DNA of 64,000 nucleotides from a virus. This document shows positions 9,769-19,813 of the stretch, one piece after another. The notes below the pieces were generated by a model. The model saw only the letters and a list, made by a program, of their open reading frames with translations, did no database searches and was not told the origin of the DNA. The position numbers and the translations under genes are program-made. Where the stretch lies: the IMG/VR virus record IMGVR_UViG_3300045988_143923. The stretch is one strand, 5' to 3'. Numbering within the stretch: position 1 is the stretch's first letter; every line of letters begins with the position of its first letter.

Positions 9769-10305
9769 TTAAAATTCCACGGTCGAAACGCACCGTGGCG
9801 CGTATTTGAATTCATCCGTTGACCGTCGGCGCAGGTCGCGCTCCAGTTCGGATGCAATGTAATTGGCATAAGCCAGACTCGAGTAACGGTCTTTACGCAT
9901 ACCGGATACTTCGTACACCCTGATGTTCTGACCGGCCATCTCGTATTCGAGGTTGATCGTCTCGTTTACAAAGGCGGTAGTCTGGTAGTACGGGTGCTGG
10001 TATGCAACCTGTTCCTCAACGGAGAGTTTGCGGTAAGCCTTGCTCTTTTCGAGCAGCTCAACGCCGTCAATTTCGTTGATAAGCAGGCGCAGTTTGCCTC
10101 GTTTGATACAGTCTCGAAGGGAAACTGCCATCTCGGAGTTCTTCGAAGCAGATGCTTTGATGCTGTATATAACTCTCGGAGCATTCGGATTGCGACTTCG
10201 TGCCGCCATATTTTCGTCATTGATGCACGACCATGCTTTATACTCAACTCCTCGGGTCTCGTCGTAAAGGTCTTGAACGAGTTGATCATAGATTGATATT
10301 CCGAC
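9769..10305 (-). CDS. terL: terminase large subunit, 3' exon (nuclease domain C-terminal part)
   Basis: Frame continues ...VGISIYDQLVQDLY...RKDRYSSLAYANY (typical TerL nuclease end); the 21 codons at the 5' end of the 199-aa ORF look non-coding. Confidence 0.7.
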   Translation of the reverse strand, partial: VGISIYDQLVQDLYDETRGVEYKAWSCINDENMAARSRNPNAPRVIYSIKASASKNSEMAVSLRDCIKRGKLRLLINEIDGVELLEKSKAYRKLSVEEQVAYQHPYYQTTAFVNETINLEYEMAGQNIRVYEVSGMRKDRYSSLAYANYIASELERDLRRRSTDEFKYAPRCVSTVEF

Positions 10306-10560
10306 CTCACCTTTTCTTTCTGGTTTTTTATCCAGAAACTTACGGTTTATTTCCCGTAAGATGAGCATATCTTTTCATCTACGTGAGATGGCGCGGACTC
10401 GTGCGAGGATTATAGTTCGCCAAATTGGCGAGATCACCTCGTATGCGTTGCCTGTGACTTCGTCTTTACTCGAAGCCTTCCAGTCGGATTCCCGTCTCAG
10501 GGTTCCCGTTTTCTTCCGCGCTACACTCCAACTGTCGCCAGAAGGAGGGGCGTCGCCACC
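10306..10560 (-). ncRNA. candidate ORF-less group I intron interrupting terL
   Basis: ~255-nt insert between DTN(G) and VGISIY; 5' exon ends in U, insert ends in G; CGAC-A-GTTGG can pair with both exon ends (P10/P1); long-range GCGCGGA/TCCGCGC pairing and several hairpins. Confidence 0.55.
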
Positions 10561-11733
10561 ATTGGTATCAACTACGACATAATCCACATCCAAATCATCA
10601 TAAAGCTGACGGATACGGATCGCTTGGTCTTGACCATGACCACCATCAATGGTCTCCATGTAACATTCATTGCGGATATACTGTCCGGAGTTGTTAGGCA
10701 GGAGCTGCAACAGAGTGATCGCTGTTGCGTCGTTCTTCGCGCCGCCGGAGGTTGCGATATCGCAGCTCAGCAGGCGAATTTCTCCGGGTTCCTTTGTTGG
10801 GTACTTCAGCTTGGGATCGCCGAGTGCCGCATACATAGGCCGCGGATAGACTGGGCGCGTGATGCGCCGGACAGAGTTTAGGTCTGTAAAAGAGAAGAAT
10901 GCACGTTCGGACTCGCCATAAAATTCTGAGCACATTTCCATGCTCCAGCTTATCTCGTTGAAATCATCTTCCTGCATCTCTTCTCGAATCTGTTCCATCG
11001 GGTAATATCCCGCAGAAACAGGAAGTTGATAAGGGAATCCGCACACGATATACGGTTCGCTCTTGATCATCGACTTAAAATAAGCCTTAAATTTCGCCCA
11101 GCTGTAATGCCATTTGAAGTATGCCGAGCTGATATAGGTCTCCGTGTTACGTTCCTTTGGATAGTTCTTGTATTTCGGGAAACTGTAAAAGCCCGGGGTA
11201 CGCTCGCCAGCTTTGAACTTTCTGAGCACCTTATCAATAATATCCTTCGGAATCTGCACGAATTCGTCCGCAATCATCCAGTTTGTACGCGCAGAACGTG
11301 AAGAATCACGCGCTGTTACAACTTTGACCACGGAGCCATTTTTGAATTTGATATACGCCTCGCTAGGCGTCACTTTGTAATCTTCAATCTCGTTCGTTAG
11401 ATTGGGCGAGTCAGGCATGAACTTTTCGACTATCTTGTTCAATAGGTTCGTTGACTGACTTCGGACGCCGGCTGCGACAGTGACTTCCAAACCGGGATAC
11501 AAAATACACCGAACACAAATGGCCGCCGCCACGATCATGGACTTACCCATGCCGCGAGAAGCGATAATCATCACATAGGTGTTCAGACAGATTAAGTCCA
11601 GCAGGATGCACTGGAACATCGCCAGCCATTTCATGCCGAGATAATCCTGAGCAAAACGATGTGGATTAGCTCGATAGAAACTAACCCACTTGCACATACC
11701 TCGTTCAATTTTTTCAGCTTTGGTGGCATCCAT
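10561..11733 (-). CDS. terL: terminase large subunit, 5' exon (ATPase and start of nuclease domain)
   Basis: Walker A ASRGMGKS, Walker B WMIADEF; after ...DYVVVDTN the 452-aa ORF runs into odd sequence and a TGA. Confidence 0.8.
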
Positions 11734-12800
11734 CAGGCATCACCGCCGTTCTCTTCTCCGGCTTCCTTTTCTGCCAGAAGGTCAACACCCTCCATAGCGC
11801 GATTCATAATGGCGTCAAAGACGTCCTCATCATCGAGATCCTCCAAATCAGGGTCATCGACGCGATATTTGTTCATTTCGTCCTCGTACATCTTGGCGTG
11901 TCGGTTCTTAATGCCAAGCATATGGCACAAATGGCCGAGAAAGTAAATGCTGATGAGACGGACGATACCGTCCACATCCTTCCACTCTGGAAGCGGTTCC
12001 GGAATCGGGTCGTGATCCTCGAATCGCTTAATCATCTTTCCGAGCGGGATTTCCGACTCTCGATCCTTTGCTTCAACGATTTTCGGCGTCAGAGCAGCAC
12101 GGTCGAGTGTCTTCTGATAGGTGTCGGTCAATTTCTGATATACGTCCACCTTGCCGTCCAACAGCATCTTGTTCTGCTGCAGCTTGATGATACAGAGCTC
12201 GCGAACCAGAGATTGCTGTGACTTGCCTTTGACGACACACTTCGCCAGCCAGTCCTCATACTCATTCTGCAGGAATTCATACTCGGTGGCGGTAAAGTTA
12301 AGCCCCCACTCATTCATCAGTTCCTTGGTTACTTGAAAATCTGTCTGCTGAGTAGGGGTTTCGGTATCTTCATAGGTCTGCAAAGCCAAGTCCTGTTCCT
12401 CACGAATCGTCGAATCGTAAGTCTTGCTGTCATAAGCGTTGAGGTTCAATTTTGCGATATAAGCCGACATACGGCTCTTATGTGCTCCCATCTCTTTGGA
12501 TGCTTCAACCAGAGTGGGAGAGTAGTATAGATCAAACTTCATGCAGATACGCCGAATCGCCGTGTCTGCATCGAACATTTCCTGATAGCGGTCGAACAGC
12601 GCATCAATACAACCTCGGCAGACAGGAAGTCGGCCGCTGTTGTTGCGATACAGCATTGTGTTCGGTGCATTGTAAAAATCGGTCGCGCGGGAATATTCCG
12701 TCCCGCAGCAGACGCATCGCTTAATCTGGTGCGGCTTTACTGCGGGTGTGAGCTTGTCTTCTTTTTTAGGGATGGTGGGAATCTTAGGCACTAATGCCAT
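11733..12800 (-). CDS. putative terminase small subunit / packaging accessory protein
   Basis: 355 aa directly upstream of and overlapping terL; N-terminal CxxC...CxxC; assignment by position only. Confidence 0.35.
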   Translation of the reverse strand: MALVPKIPTIPKKEDKLTPAVKPHQIKRCVCCGTEYSRATDFYNAPNTMLYRNNSGRLPVCRGCIDALFDRYQEMFDADTAIRRICMKFDLYYSPTLVEASKEMGAHKSRMSAYIAKLNLNAYDSKTYDSTIREEQDLALQTYEDTETPTQQTDFQVTKELMNEWGLNFTATEYEFLQNEYEDWLAKCVVKGKSQQSLVRELCIIKLQQNKMLLDGKVDVYQKLTDTYQKTLDRAALTPKIVEAKDRESEIPLGKMIKRFEDHDPIPEPLPEWKDVDGIVRLISIYFLGHLCHMLGIKNRHAKMYEDEMNKYRVDDPDLEDLDDEDVFDAIMNRAMEGVDLLAEKEAGEENGGDA

Positions 12801-13159
12801 TAACCCTCACCACCTTCCGCCTCCTGCATCGTAGCGTAGAACTGGTCGGAGGCTTCGTTCAGCTTCGGAAAAGCAGTGAATCGCACCGTGTGCTTAGTCG
12901 GTACAATGCGCTTCTTGCCATCAGAACCCGGGAAGTTGTCTACCATCTGGTAAGATTTACGCTCATGGTTTTCAAACTTGCCGAAGTCCGGCAGCGATAG
13001 CACCTCGCATTCCTTGAGAAGCTGCTTAATGCTGTCCAACACGCTGTTTACAACCTTCTTGCTGTCTTCGTAAGCCATCTCGTACAGTTCGGAGTGCTTC
13101 GAGTACAGTGCAGCATAATACAGCGTGTTCTTATCTTCTTTCTTCTTGGCTCTTGCCAT
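12800..13159 (-). CDS. HU/IHF-family DNA-binding protein
   Basis: 119 aa; DFGKFENHERKS...RIVPTKHTVRFTAFPKL matches the HU beta-arm pattern GFGxF..R.ar.grnP...i.....v.F. Confidence 0.65.
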   Translation of the reverse strand: MARAKKKEDKNTLYYAALYSKHSELYEMAYEDSKKVVNSVLDSIKQLLKECEVLSLPDFGKFENHERKSYQMVDNFPGSDGKKRIVPTKHTVRFTAFPKLNEASDQFYATMQEAEGGEG

Positions 13160-13162
13160 GCT

Positions 13163-14368
13163 TTAATCTTCCTCCAGTTTGAGATAATACACGGCATCGC
13201 GGCCATAGTCCTGCTCGAAAGTCATCAGGAGCTGGCTCGGCTTAGCATAAAGTCGCTTGCCGTGTGCATGATTGTCCGAACCGCAAAGAGCCGGCGCGAT
13301 CATGCTGTCCACACCGAATCGGTCAAGCGATTCTGCATGGTGCTTGTCACCCATGATGGCAATATCCACCGGAGTGCCAAGGTCGCGCGACAGCAACATA
13401 TTCGCCGTCACGCCAAAGTCTCGAACCGTGTCCAGATCGCCGTGTGTAGAAACAACGGTCTTGCCGCCGATGAAGTCTGTGATGAACTCCTCGCACATCG
13501 GGCAGACGTTGATGGTATCGTCATCCTTGAGTCGTGTTGCCAGCCACCAAGGGATGATTTTCTCCATATTGTCGGCGTGGATGCTTTCTTTCTTGTTCTG
13601 GACGGTTCTCATATGATTGCCGTAAGTAGCAAACACATCTACACGGTCTACAGCCGCAGAGATCTCATGGATTGCCTCGGCAAGAATTTCTGAGACGCGC
13701 ATCAGCTGGTCGCAGGTATTCTCGACCGATTCCAGTCGAACTGTAGGATGAATTGCTCCATGAGCAAAATCGCCCAGCAGATGAATATGCAGGTCGGTGA
13801 CCTGATGCATCAGCAGACGCTCTACCGTCTCATCAATCAGGCGGCGGACACGCTGAGCGCATGCCTCTGGGTTATAGCTGTTGAACGGATTGTCGCATAC
13901 CATGCCATAGTGCCAATCGGTCAGAACCAGCAGGGCTTCTGTCCCGAGTCGATGAACTTCTCCCGCTCGAGACAGCGGAACCAGTGGCTTGCTCATATTG
14001 AGCTGCTCAGCCGAGCGGATAATGCACTCGTGCAGGCTTTCTTCGCGTGCCTTTGCGTTGACTACGCGTGTCAGTGCCTGACGCTGGTCGTAGAACTTGC
14101 GCTGTTCCTTGCGGAGCTCAAGCTCGCGCTGTTCAATCTCGTGAAGCTGAGCACTGTTATCGGTCAGCTTATCGCGGTTGGCTTCAAAGAGTTTGCAGAA
14201 TGCCGCATAGTCCTTGCGGTACTTGCTCTCGGTGTACTGGTAGCCAAGCTGATAGTTCAGCAGGTCAGCTACGTCCTGCCAAGAACCAATCTGCTCTTTG
14301 ATATTGCCGATACGGTAAATGTAGGCGTACTCGCTCTCATCTTCTTTTCTGAGCCAGTCAGTCTTCAC
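13163..14368 (-). CDS. calcineurin-like metallophosphoesterase
   Basis: 401 aa with ordered motifs TDWHYG, LGDFAHG, YGNH, THGD, GDKHH. Confidence 0.7.
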   Translation of the reverse strand: MKTDWLRKEDESEYAYIYRIGNIKEQIGSWQDVADLLNYQLGYQYTESKYRKDYAAFCKLFEANRDKLTDNSAQLHEIEQRELELRKEQRKFYDQRQALTRVVNAKAREESLHECIIRSAEQLNMSKPLVPLSRAGEVHRLGTEALLVLTDWHYGMVCDNPFNSYNPEACAQRVRRLIDETVERLLMHQVTDLHIHLLGDFAHGAIHPTVRLESVENTCDQLMRVSEILAEAIHEISAAVDRVDVFATYGNHMRTVQNKKESIHADNMEKIIPWWLATRLKDDDTINVCPMCEEFITDFIGGKTVVSTHGDLDTVRDFGVTANMLLSRDLGTPVDIAIMGDKHHAESLDRFGVDSMIAPALCGSDNHAHGKRLYAKPSQLLMTFEQDYGRDAVYYLKLEED

Positions 14369-14577
14369 GCATTAGCCTCCTCGGCAAGGGCAGCCAGTCG
14401 TGCGCGGCGACGGTCGATAACGTCAAGCAGTGCAGCGGCGTCCTTGTTATGTGGGATAACGCGGAGGTACTTCTCCTCCTCGCACAGCCAATACTTGCCG
14501 GTGGCGGTACGCGGAACACGAAGCTCTGGATAAAGTTTGTAGATGGCGGCTCTCTCAGCCTTGGAAATTCGGATCAA
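14365..14577 (-). CDS. small hypothetical protein (TTG start)
   Basis: AAGGAG 10 nt upstream of TTG at 14577; the longer ATG-14706 version would run through the terminator hairpin. Confidence 0.4.
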   Translation of the reverse strand: MIRISKAERAAIYKLYPELRVPRTATGKYWLCEEEKYLRVIPHNKDAAALLDVIDRRRARLAALAEEANA

Positions 14578-14651
14578 ATCGTTATGTCTCCTTAATTTTT
14601 GATAGGTTAGAACGACGAAAAATCGCTTTCTATACCACTTTGGAGAAAAAT

Positions 14652-14697
14652 AAAAAATGGAGCGATTCCCGAAATTTCGGAATATCGCTCCATTTTT
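14652..14697. terminator. bidirectional rho-independent terminator downstream of the RNA polymerase gene
   Basis: TGGAGCGAT...ATCGCTCCA stem with extended inner pairing, flanked by an A6 run and a T5 run. Confidence 0.7.
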
Positions 14698-14726
14698 ATG
14701 TGTCATACTTCTCTCGATTTTTTATG

Positions 14727-17672
14727 TCAACTTGTCATTTTCTGCTTTTTCTCAATGTTCGCTCGGAGGATCTTCGCAATTTCCTGCATAGTGTGAGGTC
14801 GATTTCGTTCTTTGCGACGTTCTTCTTTTTCTGCTTCGTAGAGCTCTTCAAACACACGGCGTTTTGCCTCATACGCCTCGAATGTATAACCGTACAGCTT
14901 TACACTACCTGTCAGGCATTCGGTCGCGATCTGAATTGGCTCACGGCTCGTCTCGAGCATCTCGTAGAACGAAGAGTTCGCCGTCCCGAACAAAGAATCG
15001 AAGAGCAGCTTACTCACGTCTGAATTTTCTTCTTTCTCCATGTCACGCAAGATAACATACATAGTAGCCGTATTGCATTTGTATTTTCCAACATATTCAA
15101 TCAAATCTCGCTTAATTTCCTTAATCTCGTCCCAGTATGCTTCATAGCGTTCATTGGCATCATGATTATCTCCATCTTTGACAGGAGACGCCAGAGCTCC
15201 ATAGATGGAAGCTATCTGTCGGCGCGCATCTCGAACAGCTTCAATAAACTTCCGTGCCAGCTCATACCGCGCCCCAGCCGTGCCGACCATTACCGGGTCG
15301 ATTACATAACTAAAGGGCTTATTTGCTTTGTACGAGCCTCGCCAGAACCGGCAGCGGTTGATTGTGTGCTGAACGTAGTCCATCGCGGTTTTGTGAAACA
15401 GATAGGCTTTCTTTTCGCTATCATAGTATCCTTTACGGCGAGCAAGCGTCCCGAAGAAGTTCGGCTTGATTGCGCGACCCTTGTCGTCACGGCGCTCATA
15501 CTTAGCTTTCAGGCGCTTGTACTCGTCGCGGTTGTTTACCACAAACTCTTTTTTTGCTTTATCAATTTCCAGGCCGCTCATGACATCTAGCATAGACGTA
15601 TCATAGTAAATCTCAGCCACATCCTCAAAAGCCGCGCCGCTGTTGAGCTTATCCCAAAGCAGACTGTTAAGCTCCTGAGAAAGGTTGATAATCTCGCCGA
15701 TCATATTTTCGCTAGTTTTGATGTCGAGGTCTGTCTGCTGGGCACTGGTATAAGCACGCTTGGTTTTTTTAGACTCAACCAACGAAGTCGGAACTTTGAA
15801 GAGGGAGTAATTCTTCTCAGCCGCCTTAATCAGCATCGGATCATCAGTCAACATGCACGTGTCCGAGTCAAAATCAGCACCTGACAATCTTTGTAAAATA
15901 TTCTCGCCGATAGAATTCAAGCATACGATTTCTTCTGTTAAGTTCATATACCGGCGCACTTCAGGCACATACAGGTTGTCCGCCAGCAAGATATTCCCCT
16001 GACACACATGCGGACTGCGTGACCCCAGTAGACGCTGACCGTCATCAAACCGCAGTGACATCACATGACCAACCGGGATAGACGACTCGCCGTCGAACTG
16101 CCCAATAGACGCTTTCAGCATTTCCAGTGGATTGCCGACCAGAGTTGAATAATTACCGTTGACCAAAACATGGCCGCGACGGATGTTGTTCTGATACGAA
16201 CGAATCAGCCCGTCTCGGAACTCGGCATACATCTGCGTCTGTGCGAATCTGTCGTTGATACCCAACAGACGGAAGATAATGTCGTTTCTGGTCAGCAGTG
16301 GAGACTTCATCTCACTGGCCGCCGACTGCTGTTTCAGATGATAGCGCATAACCGCCGGATTGTTCTTCAGCTGTCGCATGTACTCGATGGACGGTTCGAG
16401 GAACTCATCCACCTCTTCCTGCGACATCTGCAGAGTATTCAGTAGCTGATAATGGGTAGACACCATACGTCCGTCAAAGAAGTGTGTCTTCTTCTCATGC
16501 TTTACCACGCCGAACATAGGGTCAGTACGTTTCAGCCACTCGCGCAGCCGGCCAAACTTCAAATACTTAATGCTGGACGGTGTAGTGATCAGCTTGATGT
16601 CCTCTATGGACTTCGCTAACGTGAATCCGTTCAGCTGCTCGATTTTCGTAATCCCGTGGTCAGCAAGGAACTGCTGAATGTTTGCGTTGAAGCAGCAGGA
16701 CTTGAAAAATCGGTTTCGGAGCAGCAGCATGCCGTACTGCTCGTACTTGGGGCCAAACAGAGACTTGTCCATCAAAGACTGACCGTCCCAGATGCTGTTC
16801 GTGATCTCGACGTGCTCGGGGCCAGACACCAGATGACCGTCTTCACGCACTCTGGTCGCGATAACGTCATCCGTAAACGTGCTCTCAAAATCATCGATTA
16901 CCAGAAAGTTCTCCGGCCGCACCTCCAGCGTGTCCACAATAGAGCTTGCCGTCAGCGCGATATAGCTTTCCAGAGCAGCGAGGTCAATCGCCTGTCCCGG
17001 CTGCACCTTGATGCCGCACATCTCCCACTTGTGCATAGCGGGGTAGAGGCGTTCATCGATGTACAAACACTTGCCAACACGAGAAGAACCGGCCGACCGC
17101 TTGTAACGAACATAATGGATACCGTCACAATAGAAGCCCTTTTCGTAAAGCTCCTCGCGGATGTCAGCAACACTAACCTCGGTGGCAATGTTAATCTTTG
17201 CTTTGTACTGGCCGTCTTCCAGATAGAAATACTTGCCGAGTACGGAATGGGGTAGGGGGTTCTGGACATTCGTGTCGCACTGGATGGCAATCAGCTCGCC
17301 GTCGACAACATACACGCAGTCATCCATGTTCTCGGCAATCTCATCGTATCGCCAGCCGTTTTTGATGTACAGCGTCTTGCGGATACGGTTGAATGCCTTG
17401 ACTGCGTAATGCGCCGTCACGTTGATAACACGGTGGGTGTATTCCTTGCCGCCCAACTCAAAAGAGAAATTCCTGCGGCGGTATACCCGCTCGTAGACGT
17501 CTCTCAACTTGAGCAGGTCGAGCGAGTAATCCAGCGTGTTTCTGAATCGCTTCAGATTGAACCCGCCGTCCGAAGACCGGATGTTGTATCCGATCTCGGT
17601 TGGACGGTCATAGTGGTTTGCGAGGTAGACATCCTTGCCGTCCACACTTGGAATGTATACGGCATTCGTCAT
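14727..17672 (-). CDS. single-subunit two-barrel RNA polymerase (YonO / RdRP-like)
   Basis: 981 aa; ...GSRSPHVCQGNILL...LSGADFDSDTCMLTDD: RxP segment followed by ADFDSD, close to the universal beta-prime NADFDGD metal-binding motif. Confidence 0.7.
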   Translation of the reverse strand: MTNAVYIPSVDGKDVYLANHYDRPTEIGYNIRSSDGGFNLKRFRNTLDYSLDLLKLRDVYERVYRRRNFSFELGGKEYTHRVINVTAHYAVKAFNRIRKTLYIKNGWRYDEIAENMDDCVYVVDGELIAIQCDTNVQNPLPHSVLGKYFYLEDGQYKAKINIATEVSVADIREELYEKGFYCDGIHYVRYKRSAGSSRVGKCLYIDERLYPAMHKWEMCGIKVQPGQAIDLAALESYIALTASSIVDTLEVRPENFLVIDDFESTFTDDVIATRVREDGHLVSGPEHVEITNSIWDGQSLMDKSLFGPKYEQYGMLLLRNRFFKSCCFNANIQQFLADHGITKIEQLNGFTLAKSIEDIKLITTPSSIKYLKFGRLREWLKRTDPMFGVVKHEKKTHFFDGRMVSTHYQLLNTLQMSQEEVDEFLEPSIEYMRQLKNNPAVMRYHLKQQSAASEMKSPLLTRNDIIFRLLGINDRFAQTQMYAEFRDGLIRSYQNNIRRGHVLVNGNYSTLVGNPLEMLKASIGQFDGESSIPVGHVMSLRFDDGQRLLGSRSPHVCQGNILLADNLYVPEVRRYMNLTEEIVCLNSIGENILQRLSGADFDSDTCMLTDDPMLIKAAEKNYSLFKVPTSLVESKKTKRAYTSAQQTDLDIKTSENMIGEIINLSQELNSLLWDKLNSGAAFEDVAEIYYDTSMLDVMSGLEIDKAKKEFVVNNRDEYKRLKAKYERRDDKGRAIKPNFFGTLARRKGYYDSEKKAYLFHKTAMDYVQHTINRCRFWRGSYKANKPFSYVIDPVMVGTAGARYELARKFIEAVRDARRQIASIYGALASPVKDGDNHDANERYEAYWDEIKEIKRDLIEYVGKYKCNTATMYVILRDMEKEENSDVSKLLFDSLFGTANSSFYEMLETSREPIQIATECLTGSVKLYGYTFEAYEAKRRVFEELYEAEKEERRKERNRPHTMQEIAKILRANIEKKQKMTS

Positions 17673-17791
17673 TCAGTCACCTCGCCACTATATTCGGCGC
17701 GGAGACGATCACGCATAGACAAGTGCGCGTCAGGATCGCCCGCTTGGTAGTAACTCATTTCGAGCCAATATTCACTTGGCTCAAGATCTAC

Positions 17792-17893
17792 CTATACAAC
17801 TGCGTACCCGCAGACATCATCTGCTGTCATGTTGCAGGAGTTGTAGCGCGAGCAATACTCGCAGTCATCGTGGATGCAGTGGTTTTTCTTCAT
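17792..17893 (-). CDS. 33-aa Cys-rich peptide
   Basis: AAAGGAGAA RBS then ATG at 17893; MKKNHCIHDDCEYCSRYNSCNMTADDVCGYAVV; below the ORF-track size cutoff. Confidence 0.4.
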   Translation of the reverse strand: MKKNHCIHDDCEYCSRYNSCNMTADDVCGYAVV

Positions 17894-17955
17894 TTAGTTT
17901 TCTCCTTTTATTGGTTTTCTGGCGGCAAAAGCGGCCGCCTCGCTCTCCTTGCTTT

Positions 17956-18711
17956 TTAAGCCTCAGCCGCGAACTTCTCGAACAGCTTCTGCTGACCCTT
18001 GCCGGTAATGGAAGGAACGGTGAAGGCGTGACCGGCCTTGATGACCTCGTAGGTCTTGAACCAGCCGTTGTTGATGTAACGCTGATACGGCATATTGTTA
18101 GCCTGCAGGAAGCCATTTTTGCGGAGCCACTGGAACATGCGGTTGCGGCCAGTCTGGATGCCGAGTTTCTCAGTTACGAGCTTTGCAAAACGCTCGATGG
18201 TGAGAGTTGCGGAAGTGCTGCCGACCGCGTTATAGAAATCAACTTTGTGCTCATCGGCGGCGATCTTAGCTTCGGCTTCCATTCGGCGCTGCTTCTCTTC
18301 CTTCAGCGTGGTAGCCAGTTGGATGAGAAAATCAGGATCGGCCAGAGACTTCTCGATGATGTCCGTGTCCATGTAAGCGCCGTGCTTGCGGATAGTGGGC
18401 AGAACCTCGGAAGTCACCCAACGCTTGAAAACCTTTGCAGTCGGCAGCTTGCTTGCAACGATGAGGCTGTAAAGACCTGATTCGTTGATAACAACTTTAT
18501 TTGGGTTGCCCTGAATACCGTCGCGAATCGCGACGCTATTTTTATCTTCATCGTCTACATGTTTCGCTAAAGCATCACGCTGATTCTTGTACCCGAGAAT
18601 ATCGGCTACATCCTTGCCTACAAACCACGGCTCGCCGTCACGGACAACGGTGCGTACCTGCTGGTCGTTAAAGATGAATTCCTGGGTTACATAGTTGGTA
18701 TTTGCGTTCAT
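17956..18711 (-). CDS. Bro-N / KilA-C (ANT) antirepressor-like protein
   Basis: 251 aa from ATG 18711; N-terminal F.F.....VR....GEPWFV.KDVA..LGY (Bro-N) and a C-terminal ANT/KilAC-like half. Confidence 0.75.
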   Translation of the reverse strand: MNANTNYVTQEFIFNDQQVRTVVRDGEPWFVGKDVADILGYKNQRDALAKHVDDEDKNSVAIRDGIQGNPNKVVINESGLYSLIVASKLPTAKVFKRWVTSEVLPTIRKHGAYMDTDIIEKSLADPDFLIQLATTLKEEKQRRMEAEAKIAADEHKVDFYNAVGSTSATLTIERFAKLVTEKLGIQTGRNRMFQWLRKNGFLQANNMPYQRYINNGWFKTYEVIKAGHAFTVPSITGKGQQKLFEKFAAEA

Positions 18712-18733
18712 AATATTTGCACTTCCTTGAGAA

Positions 18734-19804
18734 TTAGTTTTCTGTTTTCTTGCGTCGTTTTTTATACTTGCCACGCTTCCGCACCAGAAACAGAGGTTCA
18801 AGCTCGGCGGCTATCGCTTTGTTACCGGTGTAAAATACGCGGGGGTTTAACATAATGCTTCCGACCGGCAAACCGTGGAACGGTTCTTTCAGCCGGGTCA
18901 TAATCGTCTCCGTTCCTTTGCTGGTTCGGATGACTTGGTTGTAATAGAGGCTGGTCAACTCTCCGTAACCGCTTCGCTCATAGCCACCAGCGGCACAAAG
19001 CCGAGCGGCTGTAAGAGGAGCCACCAGAAACGGATCATCCTGAAAGGGGTTCAGACAAAATACGTTGAAGTCCTTATGCAGATAAGGAAGCATCGGAAGC
19101 AGGTATTTCAGCCCCAGACTCATGGACTCAGTCCTATACATCTGTGCGATAGAGGAGAAATACATCCTCACATACCTGAAACCGCTCTGCTCCGCTTTCG
19201 TAGACTCGCGTCGTGTAATCTCACCCCTGCGAAACAGGTCTTGGTTAAACAACCACTCGCCGCGGTCATTCTGCCAGATGAAGTCTCTCGCTCGGAACGT
19301 CCGCAGCATTCCCTGAACAACTGGCGCGGTCAGCTGGAACACCTTTGACAAATAGTTCACGATGTCCGGCGGATACACGTCAGCCGCGATCATCAGGTGC
19401 TTGTCAGTAGTAGTCAGGAGCATCATCAGCTTCTGCGCCTCGGTTGGCGTGACGTCATAATAGCTCCCGCCTTCGAGCGGGACGCGCAGCCAGACGAAAG
19501 AGCCATAGGCCGGAGTGGCTGTTGAAACATCTCGCTTATAAGGCTTCGCGGCTGGATTGGCTCCGATATCTCTAATGCGTGCTTCAAAGAAGTCCGGGTC
19601 GAGATAACGGATATCCTTTGGCTCAAGTTTCACCTTGGGGTTGTAGTACCGCAGTACCGAGGTCGGAATATAAGCCCGCTGTCCATTGCCCTCCAGTGTG
19701 AAGGGAACAACGGCGGCGAACTCATGTAAATCAGCCCCGGAGTTGGCTATGTCACGCAGGGTCAGCTCGGCCAACTGCGTTTTTTCTGGCTGGGATTTAC
19801 CCAT
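18734..19804 (-). CDS. hypothetical protein (candidate iteron-binding/replication protein)
   Basis: 356-aa ORF starting 10 nt from a 5-copy iteron array; basic C-terminus KRGKYKKRRKK. Confidence 0.55.
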   Translation of the reverse strand: MGKSQPEKTQLAELTLRDIANSGADLHEFAAVVPFTLEGNGQRAYIPTSVLRYYNPKVKLEPKDIRYLDPDFFEARIRDIGANPAAKPYKRDVSTATPAYGSFVWLRVPLEGGSYYDVTPTEAQKLMMLLTTTDKHLMIAADVYPPDIVNYLSKVFQLTAPVVQGMLRTFRARDFIWQNDRGEWLFNQDLFRRGEITRRESTKAEQSGFRYVRMYFSSIAQMYRTESMSLGLKYLLPMLPYLHKDFNVFCLNPFQDDPFLVAPLTAARLCAAGGYERSGYGELTSLYYNQVIRTSKGTETIMTRLKEPFHGLPVGSIMLNPRVFYTGNKAIAAELEPLFLVRKRGKYKKRRKKTEN

Positions 19805-19813
19805 GTTGCTTCC

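Noticed and set aside
17668-17757. 29-aa ORF (MSYYQAGDPDAHLSMRDRLRAEYSGEVTE) overlapping the RNAP start codon
   Set aside because: It has plausible coupling (ATGA overlap) but no clear RBS, and it is too short to support.
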